Virus record (IMG/VR): IMGVR_UViG_3300047472_000449
DNA from: a virus
Reading direction: 5' to 3' (one strand)
Length of the DNA: 64,000 bases
In this document: piece by piece, positions 46,229 to 56,005 of the stretch
Position numbering within the stretch: position 1 is the first letter of the stretch
Layout: each line of letters begins with the position of its first letter
Notes under the pieces: generated by a model
What the model was told of the DNA's origin: nothing
The model's database searches: none
Seen by the model: the letters and a program-made list of their open reading frames with translations, nothing else
Program-made: the position numbers and the translations under genes

Positions 46229-47406
46229 AGATCATCTACTCCGATCACCCGATTCCATCGGAAATAACCAAGTCTTTGTTCTTGGCTGGCCCTTCGCCTC
46301 GCGAGAAATCCGTGATCGATTGGCGCCTTGAAGCCGTGTCCTTGCTCAAGGCAATGAACTTTGACGGTGAGGTGTTTATTCCGATCCCTGAGGCCCGGTT
46401 TGCTGGCGGCGAAGATCAGGCTGACTGGACGTATGACAATCAGGTCGAGTGGGAGTGTAAGGCGCGGAACGTCGCAGATCAGATCCTGTTCTGGATTCCG
46501 CGAGACATCAAAAACGGCATGCCAGGGTTCACCACCAACATTGAATTTGGCGAAGACCTGGGTTCCGGGAAAATCGTTTACGGTCGCCCGCCTGCCGCTG
46601 AAAAATGCCGCTATCTGGATAAGCGCATCGAAGGCCTTGGGCTGGCGGTACACGATACGTTGGAGTCTGTGCTTGCCTGCGCCATTGGCGCGCTCGGCAA
46701 AGGCGCTCTGCGTTGCCAGGGCGAGGTTAACGTCCCCCTGTTCATCTGGAATACAGTGTCCTTTCAGGTCTGGTACGACAACCTGAAGCAGGCCGGTAAT
46801 CGCCTCGACGGCGCTCACCTGTTGCACCATTTCCGCTTGCCCAACGGGAAAGTGTTGAGTTTTAACTTGGCAGTGAACATCTGGGTCGCCGCTGAGCAGC
46901 GACACAAGAGCAACGAATTCATCATCTCGCGCCCTGATGTTTCGGTTGTCGTCGCGTACTACCAGGAAAACGTCAACGTGCCGCGCAAGCAAGTGGTGTT
47001 GATCAAGGAGTTTCGCAGCACCGTCAACAGCCCCGGTGGCTACGTCTACGAGCTTCCGGGTGGCAGCGCCGTGGAAAATCCGGACGTTGACCTAGCTGGA
47101 CTGGTGAACGCCCAGCATGAGCTGCATGAAGAAACCGGTATCCTGATCGACGACATGCGGCGCTTTGAATACGTCGGCCTAAAACAACTGACCGCCACAC
47201 AGTCCACGCACCGGGCACAGGTCTATCGCGTGGCGCTGACCCAGGCGGAATATGAATCGCTGGCGCGCAGTGCTGCCGAAGGCCATGAATTTGGTGTTGA
47301 GGGTGACGGTGAGCGCACTTCGGTTCATGTGGTGGATCTCATCGATCTTGACCGTTATGCGCTGGATTTCTCAATGATCGGCATTATCCACACGGCGCTT
47401 AAATAG
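46225..47406 (+). CDS. Nucleoside-2-deoxyribosyltransferase-like domain fused to a C-terminal Nudix hydrolase
   Basis: SLFLAGP..R...WR...Q.EWE...AD.ILFWIPR...TTNIEFG; ELPGGS...AQHELHEETG; ATGA overlap with the upstream gene. Confidence 0.82.
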   Translation: MKIIYSDHPIPSEITKSLFLAGPSPREKSVIDWRLEAVSLLKAMNFDGEVFIPIPEARFAGGEDQADWTYDNQVEWECKARNVADQILFWIPRDIKNGMPGFTTNIEFGEDLGSGKIVYGRPPAAEKCRYLDKRIEGLGLAVHDTLESVLACAIGALGKGALRCQGEVNVPLFIWNTVSFQVWYDNLKQAGNRLDGAHLLHHFRLPNGKVLSFNLAVNIWVAAEQRHKSNEFIISRPDVSVVVAYYQENVNVPRKQVVLIKEFRSTVNSPGGYVYELPGGSAVENPDVDLAGLVNAQHELHEETGILIDDMRRFEYVGLKQLTATQSTHRAQVYRVALTQAEYESLARSAAEGHEFGVEGDGERTSVHVVDLIDLDRYALDFSMIGIIHTALK

Positions 47407-47414
47407 GAGGCTTC

Positions 47415-47636
47415 ATGTCAGAATGGATTAGAGTCAAGAGTCGTTATCCCGAGTACGAGGTGCCTGTGCTATGCAGGCTCAAGCACTGGTTCAAAGGCAC
47501 GATTCTAGAGGAGCGACTGATTCGGGTTGATGAAAGCGATTGCACGTGGAGAACAGTCGGTGATCGCTGTGAAGTCAGTTATGACTGGGATGTCATTGAG
47601 TGGCTTGAAACAGAGGTCAGCTCAGTTCCGAGCTGA
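47415..47636 (+). CDS. DUF551-like small phage protein
   Basis: MSEWIRVKSRYPE...VL; AGGAGG RBS. Confidence 0.6.
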   Translation: MSEWIRVKSRYPEYEVPVLCRLKHWFKGTILEERLIRVDESDCTWRTVGDRCEVSYDWDVIEWLETEVSSVPS

Positions 47637-47650
47637 CCTTTTCAGAGGGG

Positions 47651-48049
47651 TCAGTGAGGGAAGCGATTGTTCCTGTACGCTTCAAGCAGGACGGTCAACG
47701 TCCAGCTTTCCTCGCGACCCAGTGCAATGCTTTTGCCGATCAGTTCCATGTCGCTTTCAATCAGTTCGGCGATTTCATCTGAGTGAGGTTTGGAGATTCC
47801 CCCTGCGCGCAGGTGGGAGAACGAGGCCATAAACGCTTTCTCCACCGTTCTGTAGATCATGCTGAGTTCAACCAACGGAAATCGACAGGTCAATGGATCT
47901 GTTGTCTGAATGGCCTCCCACTCGCGATCCCATTGCTCCTTGAACGGGCTGCTATGCCGCGCTTTGAGCAACGTCTCCGCGTCCAGCTCTCTCAAAAAGC
48001 TGAAGTAGCGAGGGGTGAAGATCATCGCATTAAACTCAGTCAGCATCAT
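47651..48049 (-). CDS. Hypothetical protein
   Basis: AAAGG RBS, own promoter. Confidence 0.6.
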   Translation of the reverse strand: MMLTEFNAMIFTPRYFSFLRELDAETLLKARHSSPFKEQWDREWEAIQTTDPLTCRFPLVELSMIYRTVEKAFMASFSHLRAGGISKPHSDEIAELIESDMELIGKSIALGREESWTLTVLLEAYRNNRFPH

Positions 48050-48132
48050 GTCAGCGAAACCTTTCTTGCTTCCAATTTGATGCTTATTATATTAATCTTT
48101 CGTGTAATTGTCCATATAATAGGTGATTTTTC

Positions 48133-48387
48133 ATGCAAAAACAGACAGGCATCAGAGCCATGACCCTTACACTTCTACTCGGGGCGAGTGGGATCGCGCA
48201 AGCAGGCCAAGGGTTGTATACGGTCAATTGTGCGCCGAATAACATTGCTTATTGGGTCTTCTTCAGCACTAGCTGGGGGCATGACGTAAAGTTTACGAGC
48301 GGATTGGCGGTCGATAAAGAGGGTAAGCCATTGTCCTGTGAAGAAGCCAGAAAACTCGCTGATGAGGCAAAGCGCTCACGACAATAG
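48133..48387 (+). CDS. Small secreted protein
   Basis: Signal peptide ending AQA; two Cys. Confidence 0.6.
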   Translation: MQKQTGIRAMTLTLLLGASGIAQAGQGLYTVNCAPNNIAYWVFFSTSWGHDVKFTSGLAVDKEGKPLSCEEARKLADEAKRSRQ

Positions 48388-48455
48388 TTTTTATCATTGA
48401 CACTTTGGCGTTTTCTCGTTAAACTGGCCCCCTACGTTCAAAGAGACTCCGCATC

Positions 48456-48803
48456 ATGGAACAGACGATTGCCACCCGCTACGAGATTCTTCGCAACCTG
48501 ACCCCGGACAGTCTGAAAAAGATTGATCTGGCAGAAGAGCCGCTGCGGGTTGTCACCTTGATGAACGAAGCGCGGTTTCTTGAGCGTGACGGCGCCCTGA
48601 TTCACCAGTCCACGGTATTCTTCGATGATCGTGGCCATGATTGGCAGTGGGAAAACGGCAAGCTGCGCTACTTTGCGCGGGCGACGGTTTGTGATGTTCT
48701 GGTCGTTTACGAAGAGCAAGTCGTTGAGCGTGAGCCGGAAATGAATTTCTGTCCTCATTGCGGCGTCAAGCTGGCGGAAAACCCAGGCCACGCCTGTCGC
48801 TAA
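48456..48803 (+). CDS. Hypothetical protein with C-terminal zinc ribbon
   Basis: NFCPHCGVKL. Confidence 0.65.
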   Translation: MEQTIATRYEILRNLTPDSLKKIDLAEEPLRVVTLMNEARFLERDGALIHQSTVFFDDRGHDWQWENGKLRYFARATVCDVLVVYEEQVVEREPEMNFCPHCGVKLAENPGHACR

Positions 48804-48835
48804 CATCCCGTTCAATCCTCTTGTGGGGGCGCAAA

Positions 48836-49822
48836 ATGTCGTATTCCAAAGAACAGCTGCTGGTTGCCATCGACTACATTTACCGTCAGAAACGCTCCTT
48901 CAGTGTGAAGGTCATGGCAGAAAATGCCGGTGTGCCTGTGGACTTGATGGAAGCCGTGGTGGAGGCGCTGCCGCAGATCTCCTGCGCCAAACTGGACTGC
49001 ACGCCAGCCGGTAGGATCAAAAACTTCAAAATGACTTATCGTGCTGAGGGTTTTGTTTTCCTTACCCAAAGCCGCGTATGGTGCAATGGTGTTGTAACGG
49101 AATCGGCTGGTAAAGGTTGGTTCGTCAACAGTAAGTACGCCGAGCATCTTCAGACTTACCGTGATCGTGCGGCCCAAGAAGGTCTGCGATTTTATGAAGA
49201 TCTGAAGCTTGAGGTGATTGCTCAAGAGGTGTTCTTCAGGCTTTATCCTGACCAAGTGCCTAAAATCGAAGTGGTCGTGGTTGAGCACGAATTCCCGCAC
49301 CTGATTGATTTTCCTGACACGTTGGCCAGGGTGCAGGATCTGTCTGGTATTGTGGTGGCGCTGGAGCAGAAAATCGCTCATCTGGAGGCCACAGACAAGG
49401 CAAATAAGGAGACGTATGAGCGCGAATACCGTGAGGCTGAATCGGGTCGCCGGGTGAAAAAAGTGCCATACCTCGTACAAACTGGCACCGAACGACAGTT
49501 TTCTCACACGAGAGTCGAGACCTGTGACTTTTGGGGTCAAGCAGGTCAGTCGGAAGATGTTTACAGCAATAACCCTGTTTATGAAACTCGCCACCGCACA
49601 GAGCGTGATTATCCCAAAGAGCCTGACTACCACCGGGAAGAGATCCGCTCGCTAAGCCAGGATCTGACCCGTGCCCAGCGCGAATTCAGGTGGCTGAACG
49701 ACAGTCCGTCAGGCTACCAAAAAGATGCTACAGAGCGGCGCAAACAAGAACAATTGCGCAGCGACTACCAGAAAGAGCAGCGAGAACTTGACGCAAAATA
49801 CAAAAAACTGGGGATGATCTAA
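48836..49822 (+). CDS. Hypothetical protein with coiled-coil C-terminus
   Basis: Long ORF, start MSYSKEQ. Confidence 0.7.
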   Translation: MSYSKEQLLVAIDYIYRQKRSFSVKVMAENAGVPVDLMEAVVEALPQISCAKLDCTPAGRIKNFKMTYRAEGFVFLTQSRVWCNGVVTESAGKGWFVNSKYAEHLQTYRDRAAQEGLRFYEDLKLEVIAQEVFFRLYPDQVPKIEVVVVEHEFPHLIDFPDTLARVQDLSGIVVALEQKIAHLEATDKANKETYEREYREAESGRRVKKVPYLVQTGTERQFSHTRVETCDFWGQAGQSEDVYSNNPVYETRHRTERDYPKEPDYHREEIRSLSQDLTRAQREFRWLNDSPSGYQKDATERRKQEQLRSDYQKEQRELDAKYKKLGMI

Positions 49823-49878
49823 CGGTTTGGTTTTGACGTGCTTACGTCAGCAGGGGCGCCTTTCGGCGCCCTTTTGCA

Positions 49879-50139
49879 TTATGGGATAAAGGCGACGGCG
49901 TTCAGGTGGGTGGCCTGGAAGGACGGGGTGGAAAGCGCGATTTCCAGCAGGATGTTCTCGGCCATGTTGCTATCAGGCCCATCATTTTTGTCCATCTGAT
50001 CCAAAATGACCGTAGCGTTCATCTGTTCCAGTTCTTTCCTGCTTTCTGCCCAAATCGCCGAGGCTTGCTCATCGGTCAAATCCAGTTCGCAATGCGAGTG
50101 GATGATGTCTTTGATGATTTGTTTGTGCGTCATTCCCAT
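49879..50139 (-). CDS. Small acidic protein
   Basis: AAGGA RBS. Confidence 0.6.
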   Translation of the reverse strand: MGMTHKQIIKDIIHSHCELDLTDEQASAIWAESRKELEQMNATVILDQMDKNDGPDSNMAENILLEIALSTPSFQATHLNAVAFIP

Positions 50140-50367
50140 TTCCTTAGTCAGCTATCGTTTAGATATTCATTGTAACAAATTTACACACATTTCCAATATA
50201 TTATTGATAAATATCCCTTGATCAGCTCGCGCCGCAGTTGATTCCTATTTAGTGATGGCATCGATAATGGCATCACTGTCACCGTTTTTGGGGTCAGCGA
50301 CATTGACTTATAATTTAATTATGGGTATAGTTGTCATCAAATTAGTTGGGCCTGAAAAGGATTCCAG

Positions 50368-51141
50368 ATGAAGGCGTTTCGCATTGTTTTTGTAAGCCCC
50401 GTGCCGCATCAGGCTGATGCGGTGAAGGTTGATCAGTACATCGTGATGGCGCGAGAAGCCCATAATGCCCTGGCGCTACTCAAACGCCCTGCGGCACCCT
50501 ACCGGGCCTATGCCTTGCTGTTGGTCGATCCCATCGTCGGCGATCCTACCAGCACGCCGACTGCGGTAATCTCCGTTGAGGCGTTCGTTGCTCATCTGGT
50601 GAGCCAGCAGGAGCGCCCTGATCGCTATCGTTTCCTTGAGGCCAGTGAGCAGACGTTCTCTTTGCCCAAAATAGGCATCGACTACCTTGATGATGTACCA
50701 ACACCACTGGCTCCAGGAAAGCACGTTCATATTTTTCTGGAAGACCTTCATCGCTGGACGTGGGGCGGGAAAGTCATTGACCTGCAAAAGCTTGAGCAAG
50801 AGCACGAATACATCAGGTTTAGCGCCGTGAAAGCCTGCATCAGCAGCGAACCGGCCTGGATGGATGGTCGAGAATCAGGCTTTATCTACACTCGCCCAAC
50901 TGCTGAAGGCTTGGAGAGTGCATTTGTTGATTTGATCATCTACTTGGCGCCTGCTGAAGAGTACACCCAGGCCTACAGAGCCATCAGGGGCCTGCTGAAC
51001 GAGCTTCAGGATCACCCTATTGGCGCCATGATCTGGAAGACTGTGACCATCAACAAGATCGACAGCACTGAGGTTGAGTCCATCGTGGTTCGCACTCGAA
51101 TTGATTACGATGAATTCATGAAAGAACAGCGTCGTCGTTGA
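50368..51141 (+). CDS. Hypothetical protein
   Basis: AAAGGA RBS; promoter TTGACT 50303, TATAGT 50326. Confidence 0.7.
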   Translation: MKAFRIVFVSPVPHQADAVKVDQYIVMAREAHNALALLKRPAAPYRAYALLLVDPIVGDPTSTPTAVISVEAFVAHLVSQQERPDRYRFLEASEQTFSLPKIGIDYLDDVPTPLAPGKHVHIFLEDLHRWTWGGKVIDLQKLEQEHEYIRFSAVKACISSEPAWMDGRESGFIYTRPTAEGLESAFVDLIIYLAPAEEYTQAYRAIRGLLNELQDHPIGAMIWKTVTINKIDSTEVESIVVRTRIDYDEFMKEQRRR

Positions 51142-51178
51142 GAATCACCTCAGCATGCACATGACATGCTGAGGCGAC

Positions 51179-51628
51179 TTATTCCGCGAACTTGAGCAGC
51201 ATCACCAGCGGATGAATCCCGGAATCGACAAAGCCTGCCTTGAGATAAAACTGGCGGGCTTTTTCGTCTATGGCATGCGCCAGCAGCGCGGCAAAGCCCA
51301 TTGAGCTTGCGGCAATCTGAGCGCGCACCACCGCTTCACTCAGCAGGACTCTCCCAAGCCCCTGCCCTTGTGCCGACTGGCACACGGCCAGACGTTTCAG
51401 GACGATCACAGGCACTACCTTCGCGCCTTTGTACACGCAGCCCTGCGCCAGCGTATAAAAACCGGTTACTTCATCTCCAGTGCTCAACACGGACGTTCTG
51501 TCTGTCCGGTTCAGCTGCGACAAAAATCCGTGATTGATGAGCCACGAGTCAATCACCGGGCAGCCAGAATCAAAAGCTTCGACCCGGTGATGGGCTTCGA
51601 TGGGTGAAGGCGGTGCAATAGCGCTCAT
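51179..51628 (-). CDS. tacT: GNAT toxin of type II TA (TacT/AtaT-like)
   Basis: H.VEAFDSG...D.WL, GFYTL, P.I.L.RLAV....QGQGLG..LL.EA, ARQFYLKAGF; downstream of DUF1778 gene. Confidence 0.88.
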   Translation of the reverse strand: MSAIAPPSPIEAHHRVEAFDSGCPVIDSWLINHGFLSQLNRTDRTSVLSTGDEVTGFYTLAQGCVYKGAKVVPVIVLKRLAVCQSAQGQGLGRVLLSEAVVRAQIAASSMGFAALLAHAIDEKARQFYLKAGFVDSGIHPLVMLLKFAE

Positions 51629-51630
51629 GT

Positions 51631-51900
51631 TCACGCTGTGGCCCACGGTTTTGGACGGGCCAGGAGCGATTGCAAGGCGGTATTGGTGGCCATTGGGTTG
51701 CTGTCCAGAGCCTGTTCAAACGCCGCCATGGCATCGTCATCAACCAGGAAATGGCACTGATCCAGGATGGTGTCGCGGGCTTCCCGGCACGCCACATCCA
51801 GCATGAATTCGGAGCGGTTCTGATTGCGAATTTGCGCGGCGCGGTCGATCAGGTCGCGTTGTTCGGACGATGCCCGAATATTGATCATTGGTGTTTTCAT
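51631..51900 (-). CDS. tacA: DUF1778 RHH antitoxin (TacA-like)
   Basis: INIRASSEQRDLIDRAA....NRSEFML..A...A...ILDQ..F......F...LD. Confidence 0.9.
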   Translation of the reverse strand: MKTPMINIRASSEQRDLIDRAAQIRNQNRSEFMLDVACREARDTILDQCHFLVDDDAMAAFEQALDSNPMATNTALQSLLARPKPWATA

Positions 51901-52023
51901 TTTTAACTGTCCATACGTTGTGTGTACAGGGATGATAGTGATCTGTATGTACACTGTCAATACAAAAAGCCAATGACCGTGACAGTCATTGGCTTTTTAG
52001 AAAAGCGATTGCCGATTAGGGCA

Positions 52024-52578
52024 TTAGAACAGCAGGTTCGCCCGGCGCTCATTCAACTCTGCTGTCATCTTTGTGATCTCGTGTTGAAGCTTGCTCCGCT
52101 CTTTGAGTAGATAGACGCAGCGGGCGTGATTGGACAGGCCAGTGTTGACGTGGGTGCGAAGCTTGTCCCGCAAAAACAATTCCATACTGTGTTCGTCGTA
52201 GTCCGGAGCGCCAACGCGCTTGGCCAAGTCATCGAAATCAGGAAAGAAAATATCTTGCGCATCGGTCACAAGCATATCCAGCGGATGCTCAAAATTCTTG
52301 TTCTGGATCTCGATCTCAGGAAACACTCCCGTCTCGACATAACGCCCCTTGAGCAGCGGTTTGCCTTCGAGGTGCGACAGTTGCAGCTCGGTGTACAGCG
52401 ATTCGCCGGGTACAAGCGTCTTGCCATCCAGCTCGCTGAGAATGACCTCGTTGAAGTTTCCTCCAAGGCCTTTGTCGTATGGAAAATCGAACGTCAATGA
52501 ACTGCCTTTGCGGGTGAACATCAGGATGGCCAAAAAGCCATAGTTGCGTGACATCAGCAAGCCGTATTCATATTCCAT
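52024..52578 (-). CDS. Hypothetical protein, tandem paralog of 52627..53259
   Basis: YGLLMSR.YGF...LMFTR and DAQDIF.P.F. Confidence 0.7.
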   Translation of the reverse strand: MEYEYGLLMSRNYGFLAILMFTRKGSSLTFDFPYDKGLGGNFNEVILSELDGKTLVPGESLYTELQLSHLEGKPLLKGRYVETGVFPEIEIQNKNFEHPLDMLVTDAQDIFFPDFDDLAKRVGAPDYDEHSMELFLRDKLRTHVNTGLSNHARCVYLLKERSKLQHEITKMTAELNERRANLLF

Positions 52579-52626
52579 GGTTTCGTCCCTGAGTGGGTGG
52601 TTGATTGGGTTGGTTCCAAAAGATCG

Positions 52627-53259
52627 TCAGAACAGTGGTTGGGACAAGGCTTCCAAACGTTGATTTATGCGTTTCAATTCGCACTCCAGGTCACGCTTTG
52701 AAGATCGCAGATCGCTCATGGTGCGAAAAGCACTGAAGCCGTGCTGAAGGTCACGCCGCAGAGTGGCCACAACAAAAGTGCTCAACACGCGATAATCGGC
52801 ATTCATCGTGCGTGCCAGGGCAAGAAAGTTTGGGATGAAAATATCCTGGGCGTCGGAAATCAAAACGGCGCCATTATCCTCTTCAGCAGATTCATCGACA
52901 AACTCATCATCGTCATCGTCGTCATCTTTAACATACGGTGGCGGCAAGAGAATGTCAGGCAGTTTACCGGTGCTGGCGAAAAGGCCTTCCAGACGCGGAT
53001 TGCCGTCTGTGTGTCTCAGAGCAAGGTTCTGGTGAGGCGACTCAACGATATCGAATGATTTGCCTTGCATGTAGGCGTTGACGGTATCCAGCACGCTCTT
53101 TGGGTGGTAGAGGGGCATCGGCCATACGTTGCTTTCCGCGCAGGCTGGGTTGGAAGCGTCGTCCATCCCTTCGAAATGCAGCTTGCCGTCTTGACGACGA
53201 GTAAACATCAACAGGCCAATAAAGCCGTATTGGCGCGACATCAGAAGTCCGTAGATCAT
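52627..53259 (-). CDS. Hypothetical protein, tandem paralog with acidic insertion
   Basis: Same motifs; poly-Asp run. Confidence 0.7.
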   Translation of the reverse strand: MIYGLLMSRQYGFIGLLMFTRRQDGKLHFEGMDDASNPACAESNVWPMPLYHPKSVLDTVNAYMQGKSFDIVESPHQNLALRHTDGNPRLEGLFASTGKLPDILLPPPYVKDDDDDDDEFVDESAEEDNGAVLISDAQDIFIPNFLALARTMNADYRVLSTFVVATLRRDLQHGFSAFRTMSDLRSSKRDLECELKRINQRLEALSQPLF

Positions 53260-53445
53260 GCTTTATTGCCCTGTTTCAGGTACTTGGTTTTGGGTGCAAA
53301 AACGCAAACCCTACGAGCCGAATCTGGGGTATTGAATGACTGTCGGCTGAGGGTTTCAGTATAACAATTTTCGCCGCCGGTGTCAATGCAATTGACTCTG
53401 ACGTACTTGAACACTATAATGGATTCACTTAACAGGAGTTCATCC

Positions 53446-53841
53446 ATGAGCAATCGAAAATCTGCCAGCCAACTGCGACGAGAGTGGTGGATGCTGTGCA
53501 TTCGTGAGCAACTGCATGGCCGTCGAATTAACGTCGCTGGCCAAATGTATATGGATGATGACCTGCGCCGCTTGATCGCCAGTGGCGCGGTAACGTTGCA
53601 CCGTGTCAAGGCGGGATCTGGCCGACAAACAATGGTTAAGGTCGCCGATGGGCAGCCCAATCCTCCCGGCGACATTATTTGTCCGGATTGCAAACGCGGT
53701 AGCGATGCGAGCTATGCCGTTGAGCATAAGGTCGGTTGCGCCATTGGCCATCAGTACCCAGGCTCTGTTCGCTACCGTGACGCAGTGGAATCGTTTTTCA
53801 AGAAGGCTCCAAAGATCCTGTCAGCCAGTCACCGGGACTGA
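53446..53841 (+). CDS. Basic Cys-rich protein, family copy 1 (MSNRK...RREWW.LCIRE)
   Basis: AGGAG RBS; promoter TTGACT 53392, TATAAT 53415. Confidence 0.75.
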   Translation: MSNRKSASQLRREWWMLCIREQLHGRRINVAGQMYMDDDLRRLIASGAVTLHRVKAGSGRQTMVKVADGQPNPPGDIICPDCKRGSDASYAVEHKVGCAIGHQYPGSVRYRDAVESFFKKAPKILSASHRD

Positions 53842-54098
53842 TCTCCTCTTTTCTTGAAAAAGCCCTGAAGAAACGACTTGGCCCATTCCAGTCCTTGCTC
53901 ACTGAACGGATGGTCATCGTCAAATTGAACGATCAGCTTAAGTCCACTGTATGCGGGCATTGTATGAAAATCGTCATCTCCATTTCGTTGCTCATCAATG
54001 TACTGTTCAGCATCAAACCCCAGTCGATGAAAAAGATGGATTAGTGTTGCTCTGTCTTCTTCCAGTGTCTTGACGCGTTCTTCTAAATTCTCTGCCAT
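53829..54098 (-). CDS. Small hypothetical protein
   Basis: GGAG RBS. Confidence 0.55.
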   Translation of the reverse strand: MAENLEERVKTLEEDRATLIHLFHRLGFDAEQYIDEQRNGDDDFHTMPAYSGLKLIVQFDDDHPFSEQGLEWAKSFLQGFFKKRGDQSR

Positions 54099-54289
54099 AT
54101 GGATCTCCAAATTCAGAAGACAGAATAACAAACCCTGCTTATAATATGGATTATATATTTCCGTTAACTCCGGTATTCCTCCATGAGCGATTAAGTGAAC
54201 CGAATTCGCTCATGTATTTGGGGTGGGATTAAGGCAGTTCTGATGGTTGGTATTAACTTTAATTGCAGGATTGAAAGGCGGGATCGATT

Positions 54290-54538
54290 ATGGATTGGGT
54301 TGCGTATACACTAATGCTACTAGTTTTTATTGTATTGATGATTTGTTTGCTAGCATGCTTTTTTTATCGAAATAACAAAAGACGCTTGAATAGGCTGTTG
54401 TTAGTGATGGCTTTTTTGGAAGTCGTTTTTATCGCCCTGTGCTTTTATTTTCCACCACCAGTGGCCGATGGTAGCAATGACGAAATCCATTTCGACTACT
54501 GCCAGTCTCACTGTGAAGTAAACACTGATCGTTTTTAG
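54290..54538 (+). CDS. Small membrane protein (AT-rich)
   Basis: Two TM segments. Confidence 0.55.
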   Translation: MDWVAYTLMLLVFIVLMICLLACFFYRNNKRRLNRLLLVMAFLEVVFIALCFYFPPPVADGSNDEIHFDYCQSHCEVNTDRF

Positions 54539-54688
54539 TCGCAACAATTAGGATTTATCAAAACGGTGCAGAAATTTGTTGAATGCCAAGACTCTGCATA
54601 GCCGTATTTCATACGGAAAGTGGCCAGGGGGTTGTTCTGCTCTCTCGCAGCCTTGGTGTGGCCCGTTTTACCGGGCCATCGTTCCGGA

Positions 54689-55294
54689 TTAGGCCGTCTT
54701 GATGTGCTTGAACTCTTCGAAGCGGTAGATCACCCAGCCAAGGTGTACCTCGACTTCGATGATGAATTCAAAGTCATAACCCGCCTCCATTTCACCCTCT
54801 TTGTTACGGTGCATGACCACGATTACGCCGTCCGGTGACAGGGTGACGTATAGGCCGTCCGTGATACGAACCACGCCTGCGGTGTCGGCGGTTGGCTCAA
54901 CAAAGCTTTCAACAACAAAGCCTTTAAAGAGCAGGCGCTCCGCAATAGCCTGTGCAGTCACAGGCGGAAGCTTGGCAATGGTGCCGTAAGTCACGAAGCA
55001 CTCAGCATGAACGGTCGGAAACGTCTCGATCATCTTTTTGCCTTGCATGTGCTTCAGGATGGCACGCACGTCGCGCCAGTCCTTGATATTCATCTGCTCT
55101 TCAATCGCAGTGGAAATTTCTTTCCAGTGCTTTGGGCTGTCGGTGATGATGGTGTTCAGGAGGGCGAGGCACTGTTGCTGATCGGCTGCTTTCATGTGGC
55201 ACCGTATTTCGTTGTTTAGGGTTTCATAATAGTAAAATTCGCTGATTTTGTCAATGTCAAAAACTATGGTGCCGGGCAGTATTGTCATTGACAT
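54689..55294 (-). CDS. Hypothetical protein (start uncertain)
   Basis: Long ORF; annotated start overlaps a promoter region. Confidence 0.55.
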   Translation of the reverse strand: MSMTILPGTIVFDIDKISEFYYYETLNNEIRCHMKAADQQQCLALLNTIITDSPKHWKEISTAIEEQMNIKDWRDVRAILKHMQGKKMIETFPTVHAECFVTYGTIAKLPPVTAQAIAERLLFKGFVVESFVEPTADTAGVVRITDGLYVTLSPDGVIVVMHRNKEGEMEAGYDFEFIIEVEVHLGWVIYRFEEFKHIKTA

Positions 55295-55349
55295 TTACTG
55301 CCGGTTCCGTCATACTGAACGCCTTGATTGCAACGATGAGTTCGTCACC

Positions 55350-55577
55350 ATGAAAATTCAAATGACCACCGATGCTGGTTGTGCTCGCGGCGTTCTGGCC
55401 CACCAGTGGTTTAAGTCACTGGAGGAATCCAGGGATTACTGCAAGCTGGTGGTGCAGAAGACTTTCAGTGCGGTGCGGAAAAAGTCGATGCTGGCGAAAC
55501 TTGAGGCTTGTGACAGCCCTCAGGCGCTGACTAATGCCATGACCGGACTAACCCGCTACAGTTTCCATCAGGTCTAA
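55350..55577 (+). CDS. Small hypothetical protein
   Basis: Follows promoter TTGACA 55288, CATACT 55311. Confidence 0.5.
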   Translation: MKIQMTTDAGCARGVLAHQWFKSLEESRDYCKLVVQKTFSAVRKKSMLAKLEACDSPQALTNAMTGLTRYSFHQV

Positions 55578-55599
55578 TCCACAACTCCAGGTGGCCACC

Positions 55600-55995
55600 A
55601 TGAGCAATCGAAAATCGAATAGCCAAAAGCGACGGGAGTGGTGGCTGCTGTGCATTCGCGAGCGACCAGAAGGCCGTGACATCAACCGCAGCCATTGCAT
55701 GCGCCGGGATGACACCTTGAATCAGTTGATCAAGGAAGGGGTTGTTACGCTCTTTCGTCGCACCCAGTCTTCGGGTTACGCCCTCACCCGCTACAGCTGC
55801 GTCAAGATGACCGATGGCTCGGTGAATCCGCCCGGCCACGTGGTCTGCCCAGACTGCAAGCGCTCCGGCGTTCGTACCAATGACATTAGACACAAAATCA
55901 ATTGCTGCCTGACCCGCAATGCGTGGTCGCCAGTGGCCTTCGGCATCAAGGCCAATCGTGGCCCCAAACAGCTCTCGGCCACCCATCTGGATTAA
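55600..55995 (+). CDS. Basic Cys-rich protein, family copy 2
   Basis: MSNRKSNSQKRREWWLLCIRE...NPPG.V.CPDCKR...HK..C. Confidence 0.75.
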   Translation: MSNRKSNSQKRREWWLLCIRERPEGRDINRSHCMRRDDTLNQLIKEGVVTLFRRTQSSGYALTRYSCVKMTDGSVNPPGHVVCPDCKRSGVRTNDIRHKINCCLTRNAWSPVAFGIKANRGPKQLSATHLD

Positions 55996-56005
55996 GGTTC
56001 AAGCA

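Noticed and set aside
46159-46992. 277-aa minus-strand ORF
   Set aside because: Shadow of the NDT-Nudix gene.
51963-52000. Inverted repeat AAAAAGCCAATGAC-N7-GTCATTGGCTTTTT as a novel element
   Set aside because: Best explained as a bidirectional terminator upstream of the tacAT promoter.
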